DNA of 64,000 nt from Rhizodiscina lignyota (Eukaryota). The first letter of the stretch is position 1. Every line of letters starts with the position of its first letter. Location: assembly GCA_010015805.1 (NCBI GenBank), contig ML978128.1, positions 1,426,001 through 1,490,000 on the forward strand. Reading direction: 5' to 3'. The position numbers were made by a program, and so were the translations under genes. Shown one piece after another: positions 12,397 to 25,789 of the stretch. Under the pieces are notes generated by a model. It was not told the origin of the DNA. It saw nothing but the letters and a program-made list of their open reading frames with translations, and made no database searches.

Positions 12397-14714
12397 ATGG
12401 CTGAATGGAATGGCCCATTCGCGGCGGCGAAGCCCATTGATCTATCGTCATCACTCCTGGTGATAAGGCATATGGAACAGCAAGATCATGCCGACTCAAA
12501 TCGTACGAAAGAGATCTTTGGAAACCTCATTCTGCAGTCGGCTCAGAACGTCCGCTTCATGCACATTGGGATGGGAGCGTTCAGCATTGTCCTGGCACTG
12601 GTTATCATCGCTCGAATCTTCTATGATAGTTGGAGAGCTAGCCAGCTCCAAGTCAGACTACGTCCCAAGTAAGTGTGGCATAGACTCTTGCCTTTACAAT
12701 TCTAATGACAGAATAGGCCGTTCTCTTGGATTACAGACCTGCACCCGGCAGAGGTGTTCCCTCTGGCCCTGTCAATCACTACAATTGTGCAACAGACAAT
12801 CTTCATTATTCTGCAAAGTTTTGCGATCAATTCCATAACAGTCAATGGCTGCGACAAGACTGTGCAGCTTGTATTCCCAAGTAAGTATGGTTGTCGCGAG
12901 CTGCGTGAGAACAGCACACTAATCTCAGATCAGCGATCTTCCTTCTAGGATTCATGCATCTGGTCTTTGGCGCCGAGTTCACCATTAGAGGCTTCCAAAG
13001 CCAGCGATTCGGACCTCGCAAACCATGGACTACGCAAATTTGCATCGCCGTGTTTTGTCTCCTTGTCCTTTTTACCTGGCTTCCGACAAACCTCCATAAG
13101 ACTCGTCCTAAGTGCTTTGGCGACATGATTATGCGACCGATCATATACAGCCCTATTGCGCTGGCCATCATGACGACATTGATTGCTGCTTTCATGGTGA
13201 TGGCGATCATTATCGGGATGCGATTAGTGCGGACTGTGAACATCGACCCGAATGAACGTATCGCTGCTTCAAGGATATTCTACTACCTACTCGCCTCGAT
13301 TGCACTTCATGTGAGTTGCCTTTCTCGGTTGGAAATCAAAAGCTAATGATTTTAGATCCTCATTCTTCCGTTCTTTATCCAAGCAATCCTGCGAGACTTC
13401 GACAAGAATCTCTCGTCCTCCAGAGTCGCCGAGATCACTCTCTTTGGCCAAGGCATCATTATATCTCTCATTCACATCTTCCTCCGCACCAACGCTCTTC
13501 GCACCGCCATTAGACCAATCCAGGCTGCTTGGTCGCCCACTCGCAAGTTCAGACTATTCGGTCCTAGTGATTTGGAGATCGTCAACATCAGCCCGCCGGT
13601 AAATCTACTTGGTCCACGCGAGGCGGAATATTATTGGAACGAGAATGAGAAGTCGAATACTCCAAGAGAGTTCCGCTTCCCTGACGAGAAGACGCCATTC
13701 CAAACAGAGGACCTCTACACAATCCCTCGCAGTGGTGACGAGCAAACCCGATGGCCGCTTCCTGCAGACCCGCTTCCCACGCCCAGAACCCCTGCGCCAG
13801 CTTCAATATCCTCACCAACCCAGCCGTCAATGACAACTGCAAATCACAGGAGAAAGCCAACCAACTATTCGTTATTCCCTTCCGAGGCAGAAGACGGCCC
13901 GAGACTGCCAGCAGCCGTTTATTCGCCCACATCCTCAGCTGCGGAGAAATCAAGAACGCCTGACAGTCCAAGACAACCCGTCCAAGTTGATCGGAGCATC
14001 AGCACCATACTTGACAGCTACAGGGCATCCTCAATCGCTTCTCCAACATCAGCTGGACCAGAACCTCTTACATTACTGCAACCTACCACATATACACCCG
14101 TGGAGTCACGCAGACCACAGGCTACCGATCCTCTTTTCCTTCAACCACCTGCGCCTTCTTTCTCCTTTCCCAGTCATCGCCGAGGTAGCAGTGCTTCAAG
14201 CAGTGCGACTGTACAGATTGGCTTAAGGCTATCCATGGCACCGTCCGCTATTGCTGCACCTGCTACAGCATCGATGATCTCAACTTCAGCAGGTCCCAGC
14301 GGCCTGAGGCATGCGATGACACCTCCTGCGGAGGAGCCAGAGGGCTCCTCAACAGTCAACACTCCTGCCGCTACTTCGGTCCCTGAGGAGTTTCAGATGC
14401 TTGAGAGTCCAGCGAAGCTACTTCAGCAGATGCAGCAAACAAGACAACAGACTGCTGCACTCTCAGAGTCGACAAGTCAAAACTATTCGAAGCCTACTGA
14501 TGACACGGGCTACTTCCCCGCCTTAGCTCCAATCAAGACGGATACTCCCCTCTGGACGGAAAAAGAGCTCCCTCCGACACCAAGGCGAGGCATCAGCGGT
14601 CTTGCCCTGAACCCTATCACACCTGATTCACCCAAACCGTCGCCTGCCATTGGTGTCGCACTTTCGTCCAGACCATCAAGCAAGGCGCAATCGCCTGGAC
14701 CTGGCTTCTTTTGA
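12397..14714 (+). CDS. Fungal multi-pass membrane protein with long Pro/Ser-rich C-terminal tail (about 4 exons)
   Basis: Several hydrophobic segments in exons separated by GTAAGT/GTAAGT/GTGAGT introns (near 12669, 12881, 13311) leading into the 380-aa low-complexity ORF ending 14714. Confidence 0.75.
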
Positions 14715-16210
14715 GTGCTATCCGTTTGGACTCCCTTGTAAAAATATATCCATCGTCTCCTTATAGAACTTTGTGCTTCGCTGCCTCTTTGCAAGCGATC
14801 TTCCGCCTATATTTTCCATTCGGCACAGTCGCTACTTAATCTCTTATTATATACCCACCCGAGCCCCTTCGTTTGATGGCTCTATTTGTACACGAGCGTC
14901 CATTTGCTCAAGCAGCTTTCGCGTATCTGCGCCTCGGCTTTCATATCCTTTAAGGGATCAGGAACATGTATGGAACTGTAGAAGGGATAGTTGGTGTTTA
15001 CGGATACGATCTGTATGTAGCGTTCAGGCAACTCGATTGCCTCTGATGACTCTTGTATATAACGACGAAAAAGAAAATACATCTATGGAGACAACACACA
15101 AGACCATGCCTGCGCTGACTCGCCACCCCATTGTCTCCAGCTTTCTTACTCCGCATATTACACCCGCTCACAGAAGCCACACGAATCCTGGAGGACAGTA
15201 CGGAGTCTCAGCTCGCCTGTCTGTCAGATTTGCTAACGCGCTTCTGGGCGTAAGACCCGGAGTTTGGTGACCACGTGCGGAGCACTTCCGCCGGGCAGGA
15301 TAATTTGCGGCGACATGATCGGTGCGCTTCCTCTATCCATGGTGTTGCACCGCTGGCACGAAGGGCGAACTCCGGGTTTCTGCTGCTTTAGGGAGTCCAA
15401 GCCGGAGCGGAAAATGACGCAGAGCAAAAGAAAGGCTCGTCGCCTGCGATTCGCAGAGGCCACCGTATTGCTATCTGCTGGCCTGTAGGTATGCCCTTTC
15501 GCACCCCAGACTGCATTTCTTACGGTCAGTTTCCTCCCGATGTGTGAAAATCAGGCAGTTCCTGAGTGGCCCGCCACTGGAAGAGAGGCTGAAAGAAATT
15601 TACGTTTCCCCAATCCCCACGCAGACGCCAACCCGTGCTCACGGCGGCAGGCAGGGATGGCATATCTTGGCTCCACACACGCTTATCTCCATGCAGCCTG
15701 GTTCCCTCCAGAAGCAATCGTTTCCAGCGCTGCTCCAACCACAGCCGGCGCCGGCCCAGCCACTTGACGTCGACCCACAGGCTGCTCGCGACTCCATCGA
15801 CTTTCTAGCGTCACAGTGGACCGTTGCAGCAATCCTGAGCAGATCATGGTGCCCGCGTGCCCGCTGTGCGAGCCCACTGCTCGCATCGCGGGAATCTGGC
15901 CTGCGAGAGAGGTGGGGACCTTGTCCAACTGCTGCCGCTCGTCTGTATTAAACCTGCGCCGGGCCGCTGGGAGCTGGCGCACATGGTTCGTCCCAGCGTC
16001 CTCAGTGATTCCCGTTCAACAATTCTTGCAGAGGGCAAAGGGCTGAGAGCAATCCCTTCATTCGGTGCCCAGTGAATGCAGGAAGCACGTGTGCTGCTAC
16101 TGCTTTGAGTCTTGTTGAGCATTCCCTCACGCAACAGCTTCCACGCCTGCGACATCTCCGCAGAGTGTAGACGGGACAAGAGCGTAGGAGTACAGGAAAA
16201 GAGCTCAGCA

Positions 16211-18190
16211 ATGGCCGACGAGTTCAAGCAAGATCCCTCGCCGGAGATTACGGGCGAGAAGAATGGCTTCAACAAGGACACTGGAGACTTCGGTGACCTC
16301 GAGCAGCAGACCTCGATCGTGGGTTCGACGAACAAGGCTGATGTTCTGGGTCTTGAGCACACCGATCCAGTCCTGAATGCTAAGATGCACTTGGTCAACA
16401 ATGTAAGGCTTTCGTAGGAATGCAGCATATGCGCTCCAGTGTCTACTTGAGCTTGGAGCTAAATAGATTCTTTGGCTAGGCAATTGACGAGATCGGCTTC
16501 ACCATGTACCAGGCGAAGCTGTTTTGCCTTAATGGCTTTGGATACGCGGTGGATTCGCTCATCCTGCTGATCCAATCTATCGTGGCCTTGCAAGCAAAGC
16601 TCGAGTTTAAGCCCAGCTTTGGGAACGGCTTGACGATCGCTGTGTACGTTGGTATGCTCGTGAGTGGGATCCTTACCTGTAATTGATAGTGGAGAAGCTA
16701 AATCCGGCTGACAGACGGGCGCGCTCTTCTGGGGCTTGTCTGCAGATATCATCGGCCGTAAATTCGCCTTCAACACTTCCCTAATGGTCTGCTCCATCTT
16801 CGCCATCGTGGCCGGATCATCACCCAATTGGATTGTACTCGGTCTGTTTACATGCCTGAGCGCTTTCGGCGGCGGAGGCAACCTGGTGTTGGATACTGCT
16901 GTGTTCTTGGAATACCTCCCGTCTCAACATCAGTGGCTGTTGACTCTGATGGCTGCCTGGTGGGGTGAGTCTCTCTTGTGCGAATGAGTCCTGCATTCAA
17001 TTCGGACTAATCACTATTCTCCAGGTCTCGGTCAGATGATTGCCGGCCTCTTCGCATGGGCGTATATTCCCAACTTCAGCTGCTTGGCTACCGAACCTTG
17101 CACATATGCTAATAACAAGGGCTGGCGTTATATTTGGTATACTAGCGGCGCCCTTGTCTTTGTCATGTCGGTCCTCCGTATCACGGTTATCCGCCTGAGG
17201 GAGACGCCGAAATTCCTTCTCGGAGAGGGCAAGGACGAAGAGGTCGTCGAGACGCTGCAGTTTATCGCGAATAAGTACAACCGAACATGCTCACTCACGC
17301 TCGAGCAGCTGCAGGCTTGCGGAGTCACCGCCGGCACTCAACAAAGTGACGGTCGCCGCGGATCTGTCACTCATGCTAGAAAAAGGGCTTCGGTCATGGA
17401 AATCTGGGTCCATTTGAAAGGTCTCTTCGTGACCAGGAGGATTGGACTCTCAACCAGCTTGATCTGGTTCTCCTGGCTGTTGATCGGTTTGGCCTATCCA
17501 TTATACAACGTCTTTCTGCCCACGTACCTTGCGACCCGTGGTGCGGATACTGGAGACAGCAGCCAGTACACGACATGGCGCAACTATACGCTGTCCAACT
17601 TTAGCAGTATCTTCGGCCCCATTCTTGCTGGATATATGTGCAAATCGAGGTGGTTCTGGGGTCGCAGAGGTAACGTCACTTGCAAAGGGGTTCACCCGTG
17701 CGCCTATCTGGACAGGTAAACTGACGAATCGTGACAGGTACTATGATTATCGGTGCTCTCATAACCATGGTGTTCTTCTTCTGCTACACGCAAGTCAGAA
17801 CTCCGTCAGAGAACGTCGGATTCACTTGTGCAATCTCTTTCTGCCTGGTATGGCTTCTCCGTGCTTGAATATCTGGAGTGCAGGCTAATTATCCATAGAA
17901 CATTTACTATGGCACTCTCTACGCATACACGCCAGAGGTCCTGCCCAGCGCCCACCGTGGAACCGGCAACGGTATCGCGATTGGTTTCAACAGAATCATG
18001 GGCATCATGAGCGCTGTCATCGCTACGTATGCTGATGTGAGTGTCCCAATCGCATTGGATTCGCACGTAGAGCTAATGACTGCAGACGAGCACACCCGTC
18101 CCGATTTACATTTGTGCTGCGCTATACGCCGTCATGGCAGTCGTGGCCGCATGCTTCCCATTCGAGCCAATGGGCCAGAGAAGCTCTTAA
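16211..18190 (+). CDS. MFS transporter (SV2/sugar-transporter-like), multi-exon
   Basis: AIDEIGFTMYQAKLFCLNGFGYAVD, ADIIGRK, GGNLVLDTAVFLEYLP, ETPKFL, YTPEVLPSAHRGTGNG motifs; several canonical introns. Confidence 0.9.
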
Positions 18191-18497
18191 GCCCAGCATC
18201 GATCCTCAAATCTCGTGGGGATCGGAATAGAAAGGGAATGAACGAGAAAAGCTTTACTTTCGTTGGATACCCCGTAACGACGACATGGAATTCCCATAAA
18301 AAGCGAAAAATGAAATTACAGCTTGTTTTCCAAGCCCCTAATTCGTGAAGCAAATTCCAGTCATTCCTGCTAAGACAATTCATCGTGTGATCGCTTAAAC
18401 GAGATACCCCCATTGCACGCCGGATCCGGTGTTGGGAATCTCCAATGCCCATTTGTAGCTTCTGTCTCCATACTCCATCTTCCATCATACGCCTTGC

Positions 18498-18908
18498 TCA
18501 AGCCGCAACACCCATCCCAAGCCCGACTCCCACCAAAGCAATCCCCATCATTCCCTCTACCCCCACCGCTCCAAATGTAGGCCTCGCAGCAACACCGCTA
18601 CTCGGGTTTGGGCTCGTTGGGCTCACTGTTGTCGGGCCTGAAACTATCGTATTTGCTGTATGCGAGTCCGATGTCGTCGCCGTGGTTTGCGTCGACTCTG
18701 TCGGGCTGACGGTCGTCGGGCCGGACACAATGGTATTCGCGGTGTGAGAGTCCGAAGTCGTGTCCGTGCTCTGAGTCGAGGTGGTCGGCGAGACTGTCGT
18801 AGGACCGGATGTCTGTGTGTTTGCGGTTCGGGACGACGTAGCTTGGGACGAGGCGAGAGTGAGGAGGAGGGAGAGGACGAAGAAGAGCGTGAAAGACCAG
18901 TAACGCAT
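18498..18908 (-). CDS. Small Ser/Thr-rich putative GPI-anchored cell-surface protein
   Basis: Signal peptide MRYWSFTLFFVLSLLLTLASS, three T-rich repeats (xTANTxxSGPTTVSPT), hydrophobic C-terminal GPI-type signal. Confidence 0.8.
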   Translation of the reverse strand: MRYWSFTLFFVLSLLLTLASSQATSSRTANTQTSGPTTVSPTTSTQSTDTTSDSHTANTIVSGPTTVSPTESTQTTATTSDSHTANTIVSGPTTVSPTSPNPSSGVAARPTFGAVGVEGMMGIALVGVGLGMGVAA

Positions 18909-19495
18909 CTTGCTAATTGACCTTGACAGGACTGGTAGTTTGCTCGAATGGATCGAGGAGCTCTCTTGTTCCGAAACGAACAGACAGGAGTAATACCTAC
19001 CACTCCAAATGGGTACGAGCTGGCTTTTGACAGCTTCGTCTACAGAGCTACACAGCACGCGACGTCATCTCTATGCAAGCAAAGGGCCAGAGAAGGCCCA
19101 AAGCAGCAAAGCTCTGCACATCCCGATCAACGGTGCGGTTGTATGAAGGAGCTGTACTTACCCCAGAGATTATAGATAAGGATTGCAACAGGGGAGCTTG
19201 GCGATGGTGGATTTGTCGAGAAATGAGAAATGCCATGACCGGGATATCGACGCTTTACCTAAATAAGAACTAGTGTCATCTGGGGCTATCAATTCAAATT
19301 GTATTGTGTTGCAATCTATGTATCAGACTCAGTTGTTTGTTCACTGCACTGCTAGAAGCGCCGAATCACTCGGTAACTTCTCCATACAGCTTGGTGTAAC
19401 GAGACTTCCCCCTGGCTACTAAATGATAGCCCGCCACACTGACGAATGAAAGAACTGGCTCTCTGAGCTATGTAATGTACGGGAGGTCCACCAGT

Positions 19496-22298
19496 TTAGG
19501 AAGACTTGATAGATATCTTAGGTAGAATCCACCACCCATGGTGTCGCTTTCCTGGCTCCGGGATTTCTAATATCACGTCTCGTATCTTCCGCTTGCGAAT
19601 AGCTGTGCGTAGATATGATACGGAAAGCTGCGTCGCTATGGTAGATGCTAAGTGACCATTGACGTCCTGTAGACGGCGTCAGTACTTCTAAAATGCGGCA
19701 GAGGAGCACTTACTGCAAGCCAAGCATGCTCTATCCTCTCAGCACCCATCTTCGCAGGTCCCATCCCCTTGAGATTGGAGAAAGCGGTGCGCGCAACACG
19801 TGCAGTGGTCTCGACAATGTCACAAAGGCCGTCTGCTTTGGCGCTCATATCTTCGTCTGGGCGATCGAAATCTCCAAAGGGTTGGATGACGCTATTCCAT
19901 TTTCCGAACATCTCCATGATGAAGCCCTCCTGCAGGGTAAGGAAGGGCTTCATACGAGCTTCGTAGCGCAGTGTTGGGTCGTAGTAAGGCTCCGTAGAGG
20001 CAACATTTGGGAGAAGGTGCAGATAATGCAGATGAGTGTACAGCTTCAAGTGGTGTTAGAAGTCGCTCGGCGGTTGAGGATATGAAGATGATGCTTACAG
20101 TGTAAAGTGCTTCCGCGAGCGCTTCCGTACCCTCACACAGCGCGAGTTGCGCGCGGCAAAAGTCTATGGTTTTCTGCACTTGCTTCAAGCGAGGATTAGA
20201 TCCATCCATGTTACTGTTGGACATGATTTGATGCCGAGCCTCTGCGAATGAGAAGATTGTCCGGAGAATGTTAATTCGAAGCCGTGTGATCGAGACAAGG
20301 ACCCAATACATTCCAGCCAGTTCATCAGTGAGGTATACGTCAAGCTCAAAGCCAAGTTGGACAATCCATTGCATGACTCTGAGCTTCTGATGATATGCCC
20401 ATCGAAATAGAGGCTCTTCCATGTTGGAATCGGCGTCATCTACGAATGTCTCCAACATCGAGTCCATGTCTTCGGCTTCTCGCTGCAATTCGTCGAGGCC
20501 AAGGATGACATGAGTGAGCTGCCGCCGCAGCCTGCATCTGTTTGAGGTCAATGCTCTCCAAAAGTCCATGTAGCCGCCGAAATCCGGAAGCGCTTTTGAA
20601 GTAAAAGAATCAATCAGTTGTGCCATTTCATATCGTGGATTTGGAGTGGATGAAAGCGGAGCCTCAATGGTCCAGTTTATAGGATCGAGAACTACGCTGT
20701 CCGGTAGCACCAATAATTCCAGGTCTTTCCGAAACAGATCAACAAAGTGTAATTCAACGCGAGCGAGGACGCCTTCAGAAACGCAGGATCTCGCATATGG
20801 CAGTGGCTCCGGTTTCCGAGCGCTGAATGCGAACAGGAAAGACCTTAGAGGCTCTGGGCCTTCCGAAATGCATTGGAACACGTCATATGCAGCCGTGCAG
20901 TCATCAGACAGTTGCTTCATCAGTTTCATAGCTTCGTCGAACTCCAAGTCGACTACGGGCCTCGGCGGGACCGTACTCGTTAATCGTCTCTGGATCTTTT
21001 GACTGAATGCCTGGGAAACAGGTTTTCCTAGTGGGTGTGAGTCCAAGATCGCCGATACCAGATTCGAAACCGGAGACCACTCGGGCTTTCGCTTGTTCAA
21101 GAGAATCGAGTCGAACGCGATGAGCACTGTTCGCCGCAAGAAGATTCTATCCGAGATTGCTTGAATCAAGTCCTTCTGTTGTCGAGATATATTCCTGCAC
21201 GACCTATTAATACTTTCTATTGAGAGAAATGACAGAAGTTGCTCTGGATTAGTGTCTTGATTGACTTACTCGTTGGCAGCAAGCTGATCGACAAGGTCGC
21301 TTGCCTCCCCCAGCGTTGGCAGAATGTTGTCCAACTCCACGCGTCTGAAAAGATCTCGGTTGTAAGTGTGCGTAGAGAAGTCTTCTTCTTCAAAGTAGTG
21401 GCTCCTCAAAATGAGCTCAATGACCAAGTCGCAGCACTTGATCAGGCCAATACAATACGCTCTCAATATACGAAGCATTGGCTTGCCTGCAAGATTAGAC
21501 GTGGACTGGCGATCGAATTGAGCATCCTCGAGAGACTTTGGTTCCGGCCATAGGAGTCTGTCAATGTAGTGAGAGGTAAATAGGGTCTGCGATAGAGGAT
21601 AGCCTTGATGCCACGCCATCTACAACTCAATCAGTACAATACTCGTGATTATGGATAGTTCAAGAGCAACCTCGTAGCACATTATTTGATCCATGATACC
21701 AATGACTTCTTCGGGTAGTAGCTCTTGGAGGACATCGTACGTATCGTAAAGGGTCTCGCCGGGAGCAAGAAATCCAGAGTCCATTTTAGGATCCATAATC
21801 TATCATAAATGAGCTCCAGACTTCCACAAGGTCTACTCTACCATACCTCAAGAGCTCCAACAGACTCAAAAAGAGTAAAATTCTGGTCTTTAATGAGTCG
21901 ACCAGTCGGCAGGCCTGGGTTTGCGTCAGTGTCTACGTTGTAAGGACTCTACATTGGAAGGGCGGATGATTCAATATCTAAGCGCAGCGAGAGTAGATGT
22001 TCATGGAAATGCAAATGCAAAGGATCATACGTACTGGAAGAAGCCTCTCTGAACTGCCTTGTAATATCCCATAGTCGCTTATTGCCGACTATGACAGGCG
22101 CCGGTTGTTGGGCCGCAGTCTGGGCGGCGTCAACTGTAGTTGTCACATCTGAGGCGCGTCAGTATCGATACGCAAGGATGTCAAGATTATTGGTAAAGTT
22201 GCAAGTCTCTGTCTGATGCTGATGGAAGTACTGTGTGTTGTGGACAGTGTATACATACCGTTGTCTATGTTGAGGCGTGCGGTCTCTGCGTCAGTCAT
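19496..22298 (-). CDS. MAK10: NatC N-acetyltransferase auxiliary subunit (Mak10/NAA35)
   Basis: FTLFESVGALE / IMDPKMDSG, MAWHQGYPLSQTLFTS, YFEEEDF, NRCRLRR, LGFELDVY, HGWWILP motifs across multiple exons. Confidence 0.9.
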
Positions 22299-22586
22299 GT
22301 TAGATATGGCTCAAATAAATTCAACATGGCCTCGTGTACCTTCTGTGAGACCTTCAGGGTCTGTCATGACTTATATTATAATGGAGCATGATAGTGGAGC
22401 ACGTTGTGGGAAATGCAAAGGAAATTAAGTTGCAAGCGTTGTTTTGTGTTTGATATTCGGGGGTGCATGTTAAAGCCCGCCGCAAAGCTGTTGCTACATT
22501 TTTATATACAGTCGGGAAACGCCCTGCCAGCCAACCAGTCTCTACTTCGCCCATCGGCCATCCTCAGTTCGAGATCTCTGATTTCC

Positions 22587-22929
22587 TTATGATGAACTTG
22601 AGCCTGCAGCTTCTGCCATTGCAGCCTCGTTCGCGCTCGCCAGATTTTTGTTCTCGCCCTGTTTGCCAGCCTGCTCTGCATCAGCGCTATTGTCCTGAGA
22701 ACGTAGGATGATGTTGTCGTAATATACTGACCTCCCACTTGGCGAATCGAAGGTCCATTTCCCCTCTCCTCTCTGCTTGCAATCGGAGGTCTTCTTTGAG
22801 GGATCGTCGGACAACGCGGGCTGCTACGGCCAAGTAGCGGTTATAACTGAGTCTACCGTCAGCTTCACCTGAATGGTCAATTGAGGTGCAAACATACGTG
22901 AGGCCTGCGGCTTTCCACGCAGCAACCAT
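22587..22929 (-). CDS. ATP15: Mitochondrial ATP synthase epsilon subunit (3 exons)
   Basis: MVAAWKAAGLT|YNRYLAVAARVVRRSLKEDLRLQAERRGEMDLRFAKWE|..GKQGENK. Confidence 0.92.
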
Positions 22930-23118
22930 TTTGAATGTGCTTGTGAGGGTCGAATTGAGTTGAATTGAGGTCTGGATGTTGCGCGAAGAGCTCCGAAGCT
23001 GCGGCAAGGTCTGAAGGAGAAGCCACCCAAGTTCCCGGGCTTGGCATGCCTTATGCGGCACAGCAGGGCTGCAATCAATCTCTCCAAAATTTCATCTGCC
23101 ACCAAAATCGACCATGGG

Positions 23119-24435
23119 ATGAGCCAAATTCATGGAGCTGGCCTCCCAGAGGACCCCAGAGGAAATTCTATGCAAAATGTCTCATCACAGCCGAGTTCGT
23201 CAAGAAATGGAAAGCTGGTACATTTGAAGACTCGAGCCGAAATTCTCACCGCACACGACACGGGTAGGATAATGAAGTTGACACTGGGGAGTGATGATAG
23301 CTGAGACAGACATTTAGTAGATGTTTACATCGTAAAGATACCAGTCAAGTCCTCAAACGCCGTCATCAAAATTCTCAAAGATGGCATCCCCGACCCATCA
23401 CCCACCGACCTCCAGCATCTTCGCCGAATAGTGCGGCCAAAATTTCTGCCACCGCATATTCTTGCGCAATTCCCGAATTCCGAGACTGGCCAGGATGTCG
23501 CATTCTTATTCGCCTGTCATACATCCCTAATCCCGCTTTCCGAGCTCCAGAAACTCCTCAACCAGCATGACAGCTCGCCCTTCCATGGCATCGACCGCCC
23601 TCCGCTTATTATCACAATAGCTGTGCCAGCATATGCACCAACTACATCAGTACAGGCTGCCGATTGGACTCAGCGGTATTGGCCAATTAGCTACAAGAAT
23701 ACCAATCCATATGGACCGCATCCAGCCTCTGTTGGCCGCGAGGAAGCAGAATTATACGGAAAGAGCTGCGTTGGAGTGAATGAAAAGATGGAATTGGCAG
23801 AAGATGTGGCTAGACAAGCTGAGGAGATTGGAATCGGAGAACGGACGGGGTGCATCATTGTTGCCCAGTCTCAAGAAGGGTTTGCCTCTGAAGAGACTGT
23901 AGCAGTCGCAGGTGATGCGCGCTGGTGCTCAGAAACTACATCCGAGGCAAAATGTGCCGATTGTCGTGGAGCTGGTAATGTTATGGCGCATGCTGTTTTA
24001 CGCGCGATTGCCATGGTAGCACAAAAGCGTCTCCGGATTGCTACTACACCTGTTGAGAGTAGTGATCGCTCTGCGTCAAGCCAGACAACAGAGAGGACTG
24101 TGTTCCGCGACCATCCAATGACGGCTCTCGAGTCGAAATATTTCGGCCTCGACAATCTCGCGCCCAACGGATATCTCTGTGTCGACCTCGATATCTACAT
24201 AACACACGAGCCTTGTGTCATGTGTGCTATGGCTATCGTCCATTCGCGGTTTTCGCGATGTATATTTGCTAAGCGCATGCCTCTTACCGGAGCTATGACT
24301 GCTGACGAGAAGGGGCTTGGCCATGGTTTGTTCTGGAGGCCTGCGGAGCTCAACTGGAAGTTAATGTGCTGGGAGTGGCAGTGCGACGAGGAAGGTGAAG
24401 AGAAGGACGACATTGACGAGAGATTAAATGTCTGA
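23119..24435 (+). CDS. TAD3: tRNA-specific adenosine-34 deaminase subunit Tad3
   Basis: LQHLRR, HAV pseudo-active site, GYLC, EPCVMCAMAIVHSRF, LNW; one intron near 23263. Confidence 0.9.
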
Positions 24436-24674
24436 ATACATTAAATGCCACACAAATTGCTAGAATACAATCTCTTGATCGCACAGCCTGTGATGAAGGC
24501 GACCCTTGTTGGAAATCGACCGAAACGCCCGCTTCCAAAACCCAAATATCCCAGCGATGCACCCGGCCCCTATCTATGTTACAAGAATTTTGACCATGCG
24601 CCGACAGGCTCATAAGTCGGGAAAGGCTAAAAGGGTGTTGTTCTGTTCGTCGATATCTCGAAGATGTGCATCGC

Positions 24675-25554
24675 TTAAACTGGAAGGTTGAATCTCTTGC
24701 CTTGCAAGACTCTGAAATGACATTAGCTAGTGCGAATAGCGGAAATCCAGCTTCGTGCTTACTTCGTGTAGTAGATATAGAAGAAGTCGGAATACAGGAC
24801 CGTCTGGATGATGCCTGCAACAACTGCAATGGGATCGAAGTAGCTATCGAAGAAGTACCGGTATATCCAGTTGGGGATGTAGAGCGCTCGATATATGCCC
24901 AGCGCAAAGATATAGTGGGTTGTAATGTTCTCTGCTTCGCCTGTCCTTTGCAGCATGAAGAGCTGTGGAAGAATGGCAACAGATTCAAGCCATATTGAGA
25001 ATGCCCAGAGCATCTGATAGCCATGTCAGCCTCGACCCTATTCGATGGACACACCACTAATTCGTACCTCAGCTGGATTGTATCTGTACGGAAACACGAA
25101 TCCCAATATGGCGCTTGCTCCAAGGAGATATTCCACTTTAAAGGTGTCCAAGTTGGGATCGTGCGTCGGCTTATATTCGTTCATCATCAAGTACACAACG
25201 TATGCTGAGGACCCGATGAAGATGATCTTGAAGACTGTATTATAGAGGGAGTCTGGCTTGTAGAATGTCCACAGTAGGTCCACGTATCGCGTAACGTAGA
25301 CGAGGAGGTAGAGGAATTGCGATTTGAAGGAGATGCCCGTCGCGCTCTGTATTCGCATCAACTCATTGCAGAAAGCCTGCGATATAGGGAACATACGCTC
25401 GAAACCTTCATCTTCTGAAGCAGGATCAGGATGGACACCAGATGTGCCAAATCGGCTGTTGAGCGCGTCAGTAGCTGTCATCTCAACGATCTCCTGGCAC
25501 GCCAAGAACGCGCCGCAGAGCTTCTGACGGACCTAATATCCTGAAAATGTTCAT
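24675..25554 (-). CDS. ERD2: ER lumen protein-retaining (HDEL) receptor
   Basis: MNIFRIL|ADLAHL..; [52 protein letters not shown]; ends ..FNLPV*. Confidence 0.95.
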
Positions 25555-25789
25555 TTTGGCGTTATGAGAAGGATTCCAGAGTTCAAGTAATCGTGCGCAA
25601 AGCTTTGGCGAACAGTGGTGATGAAGTTGTTTTGAGGTAGAGATTGTTCTGTTTAGAAGACACGAATACGTTTCTTGCGCATCCCCAAAACCTCAATTGC
25701 AGACGGAGCTTGCCGTCGGTCCGAACCACCCTTGTTCCAGTAGCGCCATACCCAATCCGTGCTTCACCATGACCAAGAACTGATAAATC

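Noticed and set aside
15233..16200. Cluster of short GC-rich ORFs upstream of the MFS gene
   Set aside because: No motifs or consistent splice pattern; more likely promoter or 5' UTR.
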